NCBI GenBank assembly: GCA_016215325.1
Contig: JACRJV010000027.1
Location: 16,090-80,089 of the forward strand
Reading direction: 5' to 3'
Source of the DNA: Candidatus Uhrbacteria bacterium
GTDB lineage: Bacteria > Patescibacteriota > Patescibacteriia > JACRJV01
Length of the DNA: 64,000 nt
Positions 26,275-35,063 of this stretch are shown here, in pieces. The translations under genes and the position numbers were made by a program. Under the pieces are notes generated by a model. That model was not told where the DNA came from, did no database searches, and saw only the letters and a list, made by a program, of their open reading frames with translations. Numbering within the stretch: position 1 is the stretch's first letter; every line of letters starts with the position of its first letter.

Positions 26275-26700
26275 ATGCACGATCGGCAGATACTGCACGC
26301 AACGGTGCAGGGTCTCCTGCGCCAGGCCACGGAGATCAAGGGTCTGGACGTCAACTCCTGGCTCAGGGAGGAGGATGGGAGAGAGGCTGTCGTCGACCTC
26401 CTGACCACGACCCTGGGCAGGGTCTACAACAGCGCGCACGCGGTCAAGTTGACCAAGGCTTTCGCGGCCCTTCGTGCGTGCCAGAAGGACGACGGCCGGG
26501 GCACGATGTTCCTGCGCGCCTCCCTCCGTGGCCACCCCGAGATTGACTCCGAGCTCAAGAGGCTCGAGGCGATCCTGGCTGCCAGCGTCATGGAAGCGCC
26601 GCAGCCGCTCGCCAAGGCCTGCCCGGCCGGGATCCGGCATATCGCCGGCGAGTGCGACCAGGAATGCGATCGCATCGCCGGGATGTTCGCCCAGCGCTGA
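26275..26700 (+). CDS. Hypothetical protein in GC-rich segment B
   Basis: RBS GAGAGGAG before the ATG; GC about 65%. Confidence 0.5.
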   Translation: MHDRQILHATVQGLLRQATEIKGLDVNSWLREEDGREAVVDLLTTTLGRVYNSAHAVKLTKAFAALRACQKDDGRGTMFLRASLRGHPEIDSELKRLEAILAASVMEAPQPLAKACPAGIRHIAGECDQECDRIAGMFAQR

Positions 26701-26951
26701 TCTGGACGAGCTCAACTCACACGGGCAGACGGTCGCGCCTCATCGCGCTGCCGTCTGCCCGAGGGCCCTTACACTCCTCGATTGTTTGTTTGACAGATAA
26801 TCTGCGTTCCGCTAGGATAGAATCAATATGCATCGATCCCAACTCACCAGCCGTGTCGTCGTGGTCCGCCCCTTGAGGAAGCGGTGATCTTGGCATAGAA
26901 AAGAGTAGAGCCAAACGCCGCCTCCAAACGGGCGGTCTTTTTTATAGAAAA

Positions 26952-27062
26952 TGGTTGACGGAAGATGGAAATTGGTAATAGAAAATAGAAACTGGAAACT
27001 GGAATGATCTTCGAATTTCTGGTTTCCAACATCCATTACTATTTTCTGTCTTCCATCAACCA
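26952..27062. repeat. Imperfect palindrome of about 110 nt, GGAAATTGGTAATAGAAAATAGAAACTGGAAAC...
   Basis: Clearly related to the palindromic spacer at about 53628-53750 (GGAGATTGGTAATAGAGAGTAGAAAATAGAGGTTGGAAAC). Confidence 0.6.
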
Positions 27063-27235
27063 GTTTCCAATGCTAAGCGTTCTCTTGGGCATGCCGGAGA
27101 AATTTCGTCTCGAATATCGAGTATCGAATATCTTTTCTCTCGTGTGCCGAGGATGACGATTCAACTGGAGGAGAACCGATAGTATCGGTTCAAATCGTCG
27201 TTACTCTAGGATTGACAACAAGGAGGCCACCAACC

Positions 27236-27592
27236 ATGGTGAGCTGCGGATACCAAGATCGCGAGCAGGAGGCGTGCTACCCCGAATATGTTGCCCCGGA
27301 CACCAAGCACAAGCCGGGGTCCAAGCCCATCGGCTACCAGGACGTCCGCGTTCACGCCGGTCGCAGCCACGGCCGACACCGCATGAAGCGCATGCGCGTG
27401 TTCGCCTGTGAACACTGCGGGCACCAGGATGGACACCGCACGCTGCGGACCCACAACTGCCCGGTGCTGACCGGTACCTTGCGCATGCATACGCCGATGC
27501 TCCTCAGCCGGGACACCTGGGGCTGCGCAAACTGCTCCGCCACCGGCGAGGACGACTCACTGGATGGCCGGCACTGCTCGGCCACGTCCTAG
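27236..27592 (+). CDS. Cys/His-rich hypothetical protein (putative zinc-binding)
   Basis: RBS AAGGAGG; CEHCGH...HNCP...WGCANCS. Confidence 0.5.
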   Translation: MVSCGYQDREQEACYPEYVAPDTKHKPGSKPIGYQDVRVHAGRSHGRHRMKRMRVFACEHCGHQDGHRTLRTHNCPVLTGTLRMHTPMLLSRDTWGCANCSATGEDDSLDGRHCSATS

Positions 27593-27609
27593 GGCGACCC
27601 AAACTTCCC

Positions 27610-27677
27610 GCCCCCGTAGATCACGGTAGATCGTCCGCTCAACACGCGGGAGGTAGGGTTCAATTCCCCCGGGGGCT
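27610..27677 (+). pseudogene. tRNA-like element 1 (atypical; possibly a degenerate tRNA)
   Basis: Perfect 7-bp acceptor stem (GCCCCCG/CGGGGGC), D-arm GATC-ACGGTA-GATC, T-loop GGTTCAATTCC; but a weak T-stem and an anticodon loop TCAACAC with no U33. Confidence 0.3.
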
Positions 27678-27684
27678 CCGAATC

Positions 27685-27753
27685 CGCTCGCGTAGCTCAA
27701 CGTAGAGCGGCCCGACAACATCGGGCAGACGCGGTTCGAGTCCGCACGCGGGC
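27685..27753 (+). pseudogene. tRNA-like element 2 (atypical; possibly a degenerate tRNA)
   Basis: Acceptor GCTCGCG/CGCGGGC, D-arm TAGCTCAACGTAGAGC, anticodon stem GCCCG/CGGGC, T-arm CGCGGTTCGAGTCCGCA; anticodon loop ACAACAT is non-canonical. Confidence 0.3.
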
Positions 27754-27945
27754 ATCACCTCCACTCCCCGCATTCTGCGGGGCAAACCGGCTGGGGAGAG
27801 TGTCGTTCGCCTCATCGCGAACAACTCTCCCTGGCCGCCCTCCCTCAAAAACAAATCACTCTATAAAAGATAAAAATAAATTATTTTTGTGCACCCTCTT
27901 GACAGTGCAATTGAATTCCCATAAACTCGTCTGTTATACTAGGTC

Positions 27946-28089
27946 ATGAAGACTATGAACTTCTTCCAAACTCATACACTGTCCGCAAGCAAGTTGGGCG
28001 CCAAGCAGGAGCTCGTGCTTTGCCGTGTCATTGCAAAGAATATTTTTGGCCGGGCCAGTGGTGGGAAGAAGAAAAAAAGATCCTCGTAA
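27946..28089 (+). CDS. Small ORF (47 aa) with a basic tail (GGKKKKRSS), downstream of a promoter-like sequence
   Basis: TTGACA...TATACT upstream; not in the ORF track because it is under 60 aa. Confidence 0.25.
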   Translation: MKTMNFFQTHTLSASKLGAKQELVLCRVIAKNIFGRASGGKKKKRSS

Positions 28090-28461
28090 GTTTGTAGAAC
28101 AGATTCCCATGAGAACCACACACTGGCCCTAACCAACGGCCAGTGATTTATTATACGGGGATAATACGAATACTTAATCAGGAGCAACAGACAGTCGGGG
28201 ATGCGAATACTGCGAATGCTAAAGGTAGCTCTCGACTTCGCTCGAGCAATAATAAAAAGTAGCTATTCTTCGAGCAAGCCGCAGCGCAGTCGAGAAGTAC
28301 CTTTTCCAGAGCACATTAAAATCACAAAAGTTGACCGACCTGTTGAGGGGGAACTTCTAACTTTCCCTCTCGCCTGGTCGGTTAACACTTGTAGGGAGTA
28401 GCGAGTAGCACCCTACCAACTCGCAGTCGCGCGGCGCGTGACTGCACGGAGGACTCACCCT

Positions 28462-28830
28462 ATGTCCACCCCAATTTCCTCGAAGGAGCTGCTGTACCAG
28501 CAGATCCTCGTCGAAGCTCGAGCATTCGGCAAGCGCGGCGAGCGCTGGATCACAACACACGGAGGGGCGGCAGCCGCAAAGGCTGCTCTCGAGGGCGAAG
28601 TGGCGGGTCTCAACAACCTCCACACCCGCCACCTTCAGACACTGATTCAGGGTGCGGTTCTCGCGCGCAGCTTGCGCGAGAACTCCGAGGCCAAGGAGCT
28701 GGCCAAGAGGACCGTCACGGCCCTCTGCAAGCACGCTCCGAGTGCCTCCAAGGCCCTCCGCTCGGTGCCCCAGCTGGGTGGCGAGTACATCGGCGACGTC
28801 AGCGACGGTTCGACGGTCGGGCCGCGCTAG
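28462..28830 (+). CDS. Hypothetical protein in GC-rich segment B
   Basis: RBS GGAGGA before the ATG; 122 aa. Confidence 0.5.
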   Translation: MSTPISSKELLYQQILVEARAFGKRGERWITTHGGAAAAKAALEGEVAGLNNLHTRHLQTLIQGAVLARSLRENSEAKELAKRTVTALCKHAPSASKALRSVPQLGGEYIGDVSDGSTVGPR

Positions 28831-29141
28831 TATGGCGGCCGATCAAATCTGACAAGGAGGTGAGACCGTGAGCTGCGCAGCGCGCGTGCGGTGGTTCACG
28901 GCCGACCGGATCCTGTAGCCACCGAGGGTGTCGCGCCCTCCGGGGGTTCGGTGGAGTGTCGATCGAGGTTCCATTAGCCTACGAAGACACAGAAGCCGAG
29001 CTCGCTACGGAACCAAACGGCCGAGAATCAAGTATCTAGTAGAATGGCCACCGCGGTCCTCGAGCCCGCTTCTAGCTCGTGACCGCCCCACCCGTCCTCA
29101 ACGCATCCCCTGTGATGCAGCGAGGCGGCAACACTACCCAT

Positions 29142-29185
29142 GAGGGCTCCCGCACACCGCGTGCTGGAGCCCTCTCGTCTTTTTA
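29142..29185 (+). terminator. Rho-independent terminator GAGGGCTCC...GGAGCCCTC plus TCGTCTTTTT
   Basis: 9-bp perfect stem plus T-tract; ends a transcribed region of about 300 nt that has no long ORF. Confidence 0.65.
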
Positions 29186-29356
29186 TAGACTTTTGACAGA
29201 ATGAGGTTTTTTGAATATCGTGTGAGGCACCATTGATCTGCGAGGATTGGAGGCTTTTGGCCTATAGTCCTTGCCGATTAATATATGCAACGACCACGGC
29301 GGTCGGAGCAACCGTAACATCCGATGGGACGCCATCGGTGGTAGATTGGAGGATCG

Positions 29357-29545
29357 ATGTACTTCCACGACGTTGTACGAGTTGGCGGTTTGGTGGTCAG
29401 GGACGGCAAGCGGCACGTCTTCGAGTGTCGACGCTGCGGCAAATTGAGCCCGGGCAGTCGAAAGGACTGTCCGGTGCCGCCTGGGGGGAAGCGCCATGAC
29501 CACAAGGGGCCCAATCCGCCATCTGGCGGAGTGGTTGAGGTGTGA
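29357..29545 (+). CDS. Small zinc-ribbon protein (62 aa)
   Basis: RBS GGAGGA 6 nt upstream; ECRRCGKL...DCPVPPGGKRHDH. Confidence 0.5.
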   Translation: MYFHDVVRVGGLVVRDGKRHVFECRRCGKLSPGSRKDCPVPPGGKRHDHKGPNPPSGGVVEV

Positions 29546-29807
29546 TTCGGGAAGGAACGGAGGGCGGCTGCGCAATCCATGGTAGTTCGCGCAAACAACG
29601 GATCGCGCAGATCAGGGGGGCGCGATAGACTGCCCGCCGGAGGGCATGGGCGCGCTTCTAGGACAACGGCGATCTTGATTTAACCCCGCTTTCGAGACCT
29701 CAACGGCCCGCCCTCATCGGCGCGCCTGCGAGGTCTCTCTTCATTTCTGCAGAGTTCCCTCTCCCTGTGGGAGAGGGTCAGGGTGAGGGGATTAAGAAAA
29801 ATTCCGG

Positions 29808-29840
29808 GATGAAAAATCAAAAACCCGCCGTGTGGGCGGG
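29808..29840 (-). terminator. Rho-independent terminator for the minus-strand gene 29849..30154
   Basis: CCCGCCCACACGGCGGG hairpin followed by a T-tract on the minus strand. Confidence 0.7.
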
Positions 29841-29848
29841 CTGTCATC

Positions 29849-30154
29849 CTACCGTTTGTTCATCTCCTCCCATTGATCCTTAAGCGCACTAGAAAGTTCT
29901 GCGAGTTTTGTATTCGCAATCTTTTTGTTCTTCTTGTACTCCACCATTAGCTGGTCCACGAGCGCTTCGTAGGCTTTCTTGGAACGCTTTTTGAGCTTGG
30001 GATATTCGGTGGCAATCCGGTCCGAAAGTTCTTTGGCATATTCTGCAGTATCTTTGCGGAGCTTCTTGTTAGTTTTGTCCGGGAGCATCAGGACCACGGC
30101 GCTGGCCACCAGCGCCCCCAGGGCCGAACCGGCGATAAAGGATTTCTTGCTCAT
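29849..30154 (-). CDS. Small membrane-anchored coiled-coil protein (YtxH/DUF948-like)
   Basis: N-terminal transmembrane segment plus a charged helical region. Confidence 0.5.
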   Translation of the reverse strand: MSKKSFIAGSALGALVASAVVLMLPDKTNKKLRKDTAEYAKELSDRIATEYPKLKKRSKKAYEALVDQLMVEYKKNKKIANTKLAELSSALKDQWEEMNKR

Positions 30155-30349
30155 AGATTTTTAGAAGTTAATGACTCCGGATCAAGGATATTACGAATCC
30201 TTCAATTGATCTTTCATGGCCATGTTTTCCTTAAGCCAGAGAACAATTTCAAGGATTTTGTGGATCATTTCTTGATCATTCATAAGTTTGATCTCCATCA
30301 TTATAGCATAGAAAATAAATACCGCATCATTCTGGAGTTGTGTTCTCAA

Positions 30350-30420
30350 TCGGGCTGCCGGGAATTGAACCCGGTCTACATGCACCCCATGCATGCGTAC
30401 TACCGGTATACTACAGCCCG
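30350..30420 (-). tRNA. tRNA-Pro (anticodon GGG)
   Basis: Cloverleaf on the minus strand: acceptor CGGGCTG/CAGCCCG, anticodon arm CATGC-ATGGGGT-GCATG, T-arm CCGGGTTCAATTCCCGG. Confidence 0.85.
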
Positions 30421-30823
30421 TTAAATTAAAACGGCTTCTCGAAGGTGCTGACCCCGGGTTTCGGCTCTTGGGGAGGTGGGTGCCCGCAGCAGAAGATGTT
30501 CAGAAGTCCATTGTTGGTCCTCATCCCATCCCTGCGCTGTGAGGCTCGCTGAAACTCATGAATGAATCCCAACGAATTGATGGCGCTGGACTGCTGCCCG
30601 CCCATACGGGGACCGCACGGGTGAAGCAGTAGGTCGCGCGAACAACTCCCAAGTCGCCTTGTTGTCCCGAAACATGCGAGTATCAGCACTGTTCTGAAGC
30701 CAATCCTATTGTAGCATGGTCATCAGCGTCGTCAATATCAATATTGCGAAAACTAACATCCCTCCGAGTATATCGGAGGGATGTATCGTTTACCTGTTTA
30801 GTGCTAGACTGTAAGCGCGTTCG

Positions 30824-31000
30824 TTATGAACCTTGCTTGACCTGCGTCTTTAAACACGAGGTGCAATATTGGAGCGTCTCCCCATCGCGGCGCCGAGTCT
30901 GGAGATTGGGGTAGACAATCCGCTTGGTTGCTTGGTGGGAATGGCTTCGGTCAACAATGGTGCGCGGCCCTTTGCCGCAGAGATCGCATCGGCGGGACAT
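30824..31000 (-). CDS. rpmB: 50S ribosomal protein L28
   Basis: MSRRCDLCGKGP...RSHSHQATKR...PNLQ; start at the internal Met. Confidence 0.85.
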   Translation of the reverse strand: MSRRCDLCGKGPRTIVDRSHSHQATKRIVYPNLQTRRRDGETLQYCTSCLKTQVKQGS

Positions 31001-31127
31001 ACACGGCGAGTATAAGGTATAAAGTATTTTGAATACTAGCAAAATATTTTTCGTACGTCAATGTTAACGGAGCCAGGTACGGCGTGGAATACCTAATACC
31101 CTATACCTCATACTCTATACCAGCGTT

Positions 31128-31766
31128 ATGATTCTCTCTCAACTCTTTAGCAACCCGGCGCTGGTCATCGTTTGGATCACGGCCATCCTGTATGCCATGA
31201 CCGTGCACGAATTTAGCCATGCATTGGCGGCGAAGCTCCTGGGCGATGATACGCCCGAACGCGAAGGGCGGTTGAGTTTGAACCCTGCGGCCCATGTCGA
31301 TATGATGGGGCTCGTGCTGTTGGTGGTCGCTGGGTTTGGGTGGGGTAGGCCCGTGCAATTCAACGCTTCTCGGTTGCGTAACCCGCGACTGGATCCTGCG
31401 CTCGTGGGCTTGGCCGGGCCATTCGCTAATCTCTTGAGCGTCGTTGTCTTTGGGTTGCTTACTCGCCTTGCCATCAATGCAAATTATGCACCAGAGAATC
31501 TGATGGTGCAGTTTTTCCTCTACATTGCGTTGTTGAATACAACGCTCATGGTATTTAATTTGTTACCAGTGCCCCCGCTGGATGGGTCGCATTTACTCCT
31601 TGCGTTGTTGCCCGAGCGGTTCTGGAGGCTTAAAATTTGGCTCGTGACCCGCGGCGCCCTGTGGTTGATGGGGCTTGTGCTTATCGACATCGTTACCGGC
31701 GGCCTCCTTTTAGGCGGGATCCTCTCGTTCTTCCATAATCTTGTATTCAAGTTTGTCCTGTCTTGA
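31128..31766 (+). CDS. Site-2-protease-family (M50) zinc metalloprotease, membrane-embedded
   Basis: HEFSHA (HExxH) inside a transmembrane helix; LDGSHLL motif. Confidence 0.8.
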   Translation: MILSQLFSNPALVIVWITAILYAMTVHEFSHALAAKLLGDDTPEREGRLSLNPAAHVDMMGLVLLVVAGFGWGRPVQFNASRLRNPRLDPALVGLAGPFANLLSVVVFGLLTRLAINANYAPENLMVQFFLYIALLNTTLMVFNLLPVPPLDGSHLLLALLPERFWRLKIWLVTRGALWLMGLVLIDIVTGGLLLGGILSFFHNLVFKFVLS

Positions 31767-31805
31767 CCCCAGAGTAAAAGAGTGCTAGAGTACTGCCACC
31801 ATTCT

Positions 31806-32222
31806 ATGCCAACAATTAGCCAACTCATCCGGCATTCTCGCAAGCCGCTCAAGAAGAAATCCAAGACCCCGGCGCTTTCGCCGGTTCTTAATGTGCTCGA
31901 GCGCCGGCGTAAGGAAATGCCGTCCGGCAATCCTTTTAAGCGGGGAGTGTGCGTGAAGGTGACCACGATGACCCCGAAGAAACCGAATTCCGCGTTGCGC
32001 AAAATCGCCCGCGTGCGGCTCTCTAATGGCATGGAAGTGACCGCTTATATCCCCGGCGTTGGCCATAATCTCCAAGAACACTCGATTGTGATGTTAAGAG
32101 GTGGCCGTGTAAAGGATCTCCCGGGTGTGCGGTATCACATTGTTCGCGGTGTCTACGACACGCAAGGCGTGCAAGGCCGCAAGCAGGCACGCAGCCTGTA
32201 CGGAGCGAAACGGCCGAAGTAA
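31806..32222 (+). CDS. rpsL: 30S ribosomal protein S12, with an insertion of about 20 aa relative to canonical S12
   Basis: MPTISQLIR...[11 protein letters not shown]...[13 protein letters not shown]; 138 aa versus about 124 aa. Confidence 0.9.
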   Translation: MPTISQLIRHSRKPLKKKSKTPALSPVLNVLERRRKEMPSGNPFKRGVCVKVTTMTPKKPNSALRKIARVRLSNGMEVTAYIPGVGHNLQEHSIVMLRGGRVKDLPGVRYHIVRGVYDTQGVQGRKQARSLYGAKRPK

Positions 32223-32274
32223 TTCAACAATAGCGAGTCTCTTCAGCTCGTCATCTCTTCACCTCTCGTTCATT

Positions 32275-32739
32275 ATGCGCGGTAAACAATCCCCAAAACG
32301 ATCAATATTGCCAGACCCCAAATATAGCAACGTGACTGTTGCCAAATTTACGCATTACCTCATGCGCAAAGGCAAGAAGAGCGTTGCGCAGAAAATTGTG
32401 TATGGGTGTTTTGACCAAATCCAACAAGCCGGCCAAGACCCGATGGCGGTTTTTGACGCCGCCATCCGCAATGTCTCTCCTATCCTTGAGGTGAAAAGCC
32501 GGCGCATTGGAGGCGCGAACTTCCAAGTACCCATTCCGGTGCGCGTCGAACGCAAAATGATGCTAGCCTCCCGTTGGATTATCGAAGCAGCGAAATCCCG
32601 CAAAGGTCAGCCCATGGCCAAAAAACTCGCACAGGAGCTTACCGAGGCGTCGCAAAACCAGGGTACTGCGATTAAAAAGAAGACCGATGTCCACCGCATG
32701 GCAGAGGCAAACCGCGCGTTCGCACACTTCGCCCGATAA
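32275..32739 (+). CDS. rpsG: 30S ribosomal protein S7
   Basis: S7 family sequence; str-operon order rpsL-rpsG-fusA. Confidence 0.9.
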   Translation: MRGKQSPKRSILPDPKYSNVTVAKFTHYLMRKGKKSVAQKIVYGCFDQIQQAGQDPMAVFDAAIRNVSPILEVKSRRIGGANFQVPIPVRVERKMMLASRWIIEAAKSRKGQPMAKKLAQELTEASQNQGTAIKKKTDVHRMAEANRAFAHFAR

Positions 32740-32847
32740 AAGCAAGATTAATTTTCAATTATCAATTTGCAATTTTCAGTGAATTTTCAATTGATCATTG
32801 AATATTGATTGAAAATTAGAAATTGGAAATTGAAAATTTTTTTGTTT
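32740..32847. repeat. AT-rich spacer element (AATTTTCAATTATCAATTT...TTGAAAATTAGAAATTGGAAATTGAAAAT) upstream of fusA
   Basis: An about 40-nt near-identical stretch also occurs at about 56022; the family is shared with the 36421, 40972, 56017 and 57223 spacers. Confidence 0.6.
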
Positions 32848-34941
32848 ATGCCTCGTGAATATTCCCTCCAACAAACTCGTAATATTGGTATCATCGCTCA
32901 TATTGACGCCGGCAAGACCACCGTTTCTGAGCGTATTTTATTTTACACCGGGAAAAAGCATAAGATCGGCGAAGTACACGAAGGGGAAGCCACTATGGAC
33001 TGGATGGATCAGGAAAAAGAGCGCGGCATTACGATTACTGCCGCTGCGACCACATGTTTTTGGAAAGATACCCGTATCAATCTCATTGATACGCCCGGGC
33101 ACATCGACTTTACCGTCGAAGTAAAACGCAGCCTCAGGGTGCTGGACGGCGGCGTGGTGGTGTTTGACGGTGTTGCGGGCGTTGAGCCGCAAAGCGAAAC
33201 CAACTGGCATTATGCCGATGACTACAATGTTCCTCGGCTGTGTTTCATCAACAAGATGGATCGCATGGGCGCTGATTTTTACAAGGACCTCGCCGGGATC
33301 CATGAACGGCTCACCAAAAAAGCCTATCCGATCCAGTTGCCCATTGGCGCGGAAGAGAACTTTTTAGGCATCGTCGATGTATTGCGCGAGAAAGCCGTGT
33401 ATTACAAAGACGATCTTGGCAAAGACTTCGAAGAGCGCGATGTGCCCGAAGACATGAAGGAGTTGGTCGCCAAGTACCGGCATGAATTACTCGAGGCCAT
33501 TGTGGAGAACGACGAATCGTTGATGAATGCCTACCTCGGGGGCAGCCCGATCGCATTGGACGACCTCAAGCGCGTATTGCGCATTGCGGTCATTAAAAAT
33601 GGCGTGGTGCCGGTGCTTTGTGGCAGCGCTCTTAAAAACAAAGGCGTACAATATCTGTTGGATGCGGTCGTGGATTATTTGCCGTCGCCGTTGGATCTGC
33701 CTCCCGTACAGGCCCATGACCCGGATCATTCCGAGACAGTGATTGAGCGCAACGCCAGCGACGCCGAACCGTTTACGGCCTTAGCATTTAAACTCGCCGC
33801 TGATCCGTTCATTGGAAAGTTGGTGTTCTTCCGCGTGTATTCCGGGACGTTGTCAGCAGGTTCGTATGTTCTCAATAGCAGCAACGGGGAACGCGAACGC
33901 ATCGGCCGTATTGTCCGGCTCCATGCCAACCATCGCGAGGATGTTGACGCGGTCTATGCCGGTGAAATTGCCGCCGCTGTCGGGCTCAAGTCGACCTTTA
34001 CCGGCCACACATTGTGTGACCCCGAACACCCGGTGTTGATGGAATCCATCACCTTCCCGGAACCGGTAATTTCCGTTGCGATCGAACCCAAGACCAAGCA
34101 GGACCAAGAAAAAATGGGCCTTGCCATCCAGAAGCTTGCCGAAGAAGACCCCACGTTCCGAGTGCGCACGGATGAAGAAACGCTCCAGACGATTATTTCC
34201 GGCATGGGAGAGCTGCATCTGGACGTGTTGGTGGAGCGCATGAAGCGCGAGTTTAAGGTCGAAGCGAATGTCGGCCAACCGCAAGTGGCTTATAAAGAGA
34301 CAATTAAGAAATCTGCTCACGCCGAAGGCAAGTATATTAAACAATCCGGCGGCCGTGGTCAGTATGGACATTGTTGGATTCGCGTGGAACCTCAGGAACA
34401 AGGGAAGGGATATGAGTTTGAGGATGAAATCAAGGGCGGCGTTATCCCCAAGGAGTACATTGGCGCCATTCAAAAGGGCGTGAAAGAAACGTTCGATAAG
34501 GGCGTGATCGCGGGCTACCCGATTATCGATGTGAAGGCAGTAGTGTATGATGGGAGTTATCACGAAGTGGACTCCTCCGAAATAGCATTTAAAGTAGCAG
34601 CCGGCATGGCGGTCACCGAGGCAGTCAAACGCGCAGAGCCAGTGATTTTGGAGCCGCTCATGAAAGTTGAAGTGATCACGGCCGAACAGTTTATGGGCGA
34701 CGTGATCGGCGATCTTAATTCCAAACGCGGCCAAATTCAAGAGATGCGCGATCGGACCAATGTTAAAGTGATTGATGCGCTGGTGCCGCTTTCCGAAATG
34801 TTCGGGTATGCCACGCAATTGCGCAGCATGAGCCAAGGACGCGCCAGTTACTCCATGGAATTTTCTCATTACTCCGAAGTTCCCCGTAACGTTGCTGAAA
34901 AGATTATCGCTGCCTCAAGAGGGGAGAGTCTGAAAAAGTAG
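32848..34941 (+). CDS. fusA: Elongation factor G
   Basis: [10 protein letters not shown]1 motif, DTPGH; start moved to [14 protein letters not shown]. Confidence 0.93.
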   Translation: MPREYSLQQTRNIGIIAHIDAGKTTVSERILFYTGKKHKIGEVHEGEATMDWMDQEKERGITITAAATTCFWKDTRINLIDTPGHIDFTVEVKRSLRVLDGGVVVFDGVAGVEPQSETNWHYADDYNVPRLCFINKMDRMGADFYKDLAGIHERLTKKAYPIQLPIGAEENFLGIVDVLREKAVYYKDDLGKDFEERDVPEDMKELVAKYRHELLEAIVENDESLMNAYLGGSPIALDDLKRVLRIAVIKNGVVPVLCGSALKNKGVQYLLDAVVDYLPSPLDLPPVQAHDPDHSETVIERNASDAEPFTALAFKLAADPFIGKLVFFRVYSGTLSAGSYVLNSSNGERERIGRIVRLHANHREDVDAVYAGEIAAAVGLKSTFTGHTLCDPEHPVLMESITFPEPVISVAIEPKTKQDQEKMGLAIQKLAEEDPTFRVRTDEETLQTIISGMGELHLDVLVERMKREFKVEANVGQPQVAYKETIKKSAHAEGKYIKQSGGRGQYGHCWIRVEPQEQGKGYEFEDEIKGGVIPKEYIGAIQKGVKETFDKGVIAGYPIIDVKAVVYDGSYHEVDSSEIAFKVAAGMAVTEAVKRAEPVILEPLMKVEVITAEQFMGDVIGDLNSKRGQIQEMRDRTNVKVIDALVPLSEMFGYATQLRSMSQGRASYSMEFSHYSEVPRNVAEKIIAASRGESLKK

Positions 34942-34971
34942 TGCGCGAGAGCGCGCCAGCGCTGGATACAA

Positions 34972-35004
34972 AAACCGTCCCGTTGTCCTCGGGGCGGTTT
35001 TTTG
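34972..35004 (+). terminator. Rho-independent terminator after fusA
   Basis: ACCGTCCCG...CGGGGCGGT hairpin plus a T6 run. Confidence 0.7.
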
Positions 35005-35063
35005 TCGTTTGAATAAGGGTTTTTGATTGTCTTGTCCAAATAGGAATTGATCCGTACAATACA

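Noticed and set aside
25702-26715. A 337-aa minus-strand ORF fused upstream of L31
   Set aside because: Only the last 107 codons match L31; the upstream part is a GC-rich run-through of intergenic sequence with repeat words, and the true start is the Met at 26025.
30426-30720. RNase P RNA, tmRNA or SRP RNA next to tRNA-Pro
   Set aside because: None of the universal signatures is present on either strand (GGAAAGTCCGGGC and ACAGAACCCGGCTTA for RNase P; a tRNA-like 3' end with the resume codon for tmRNA).
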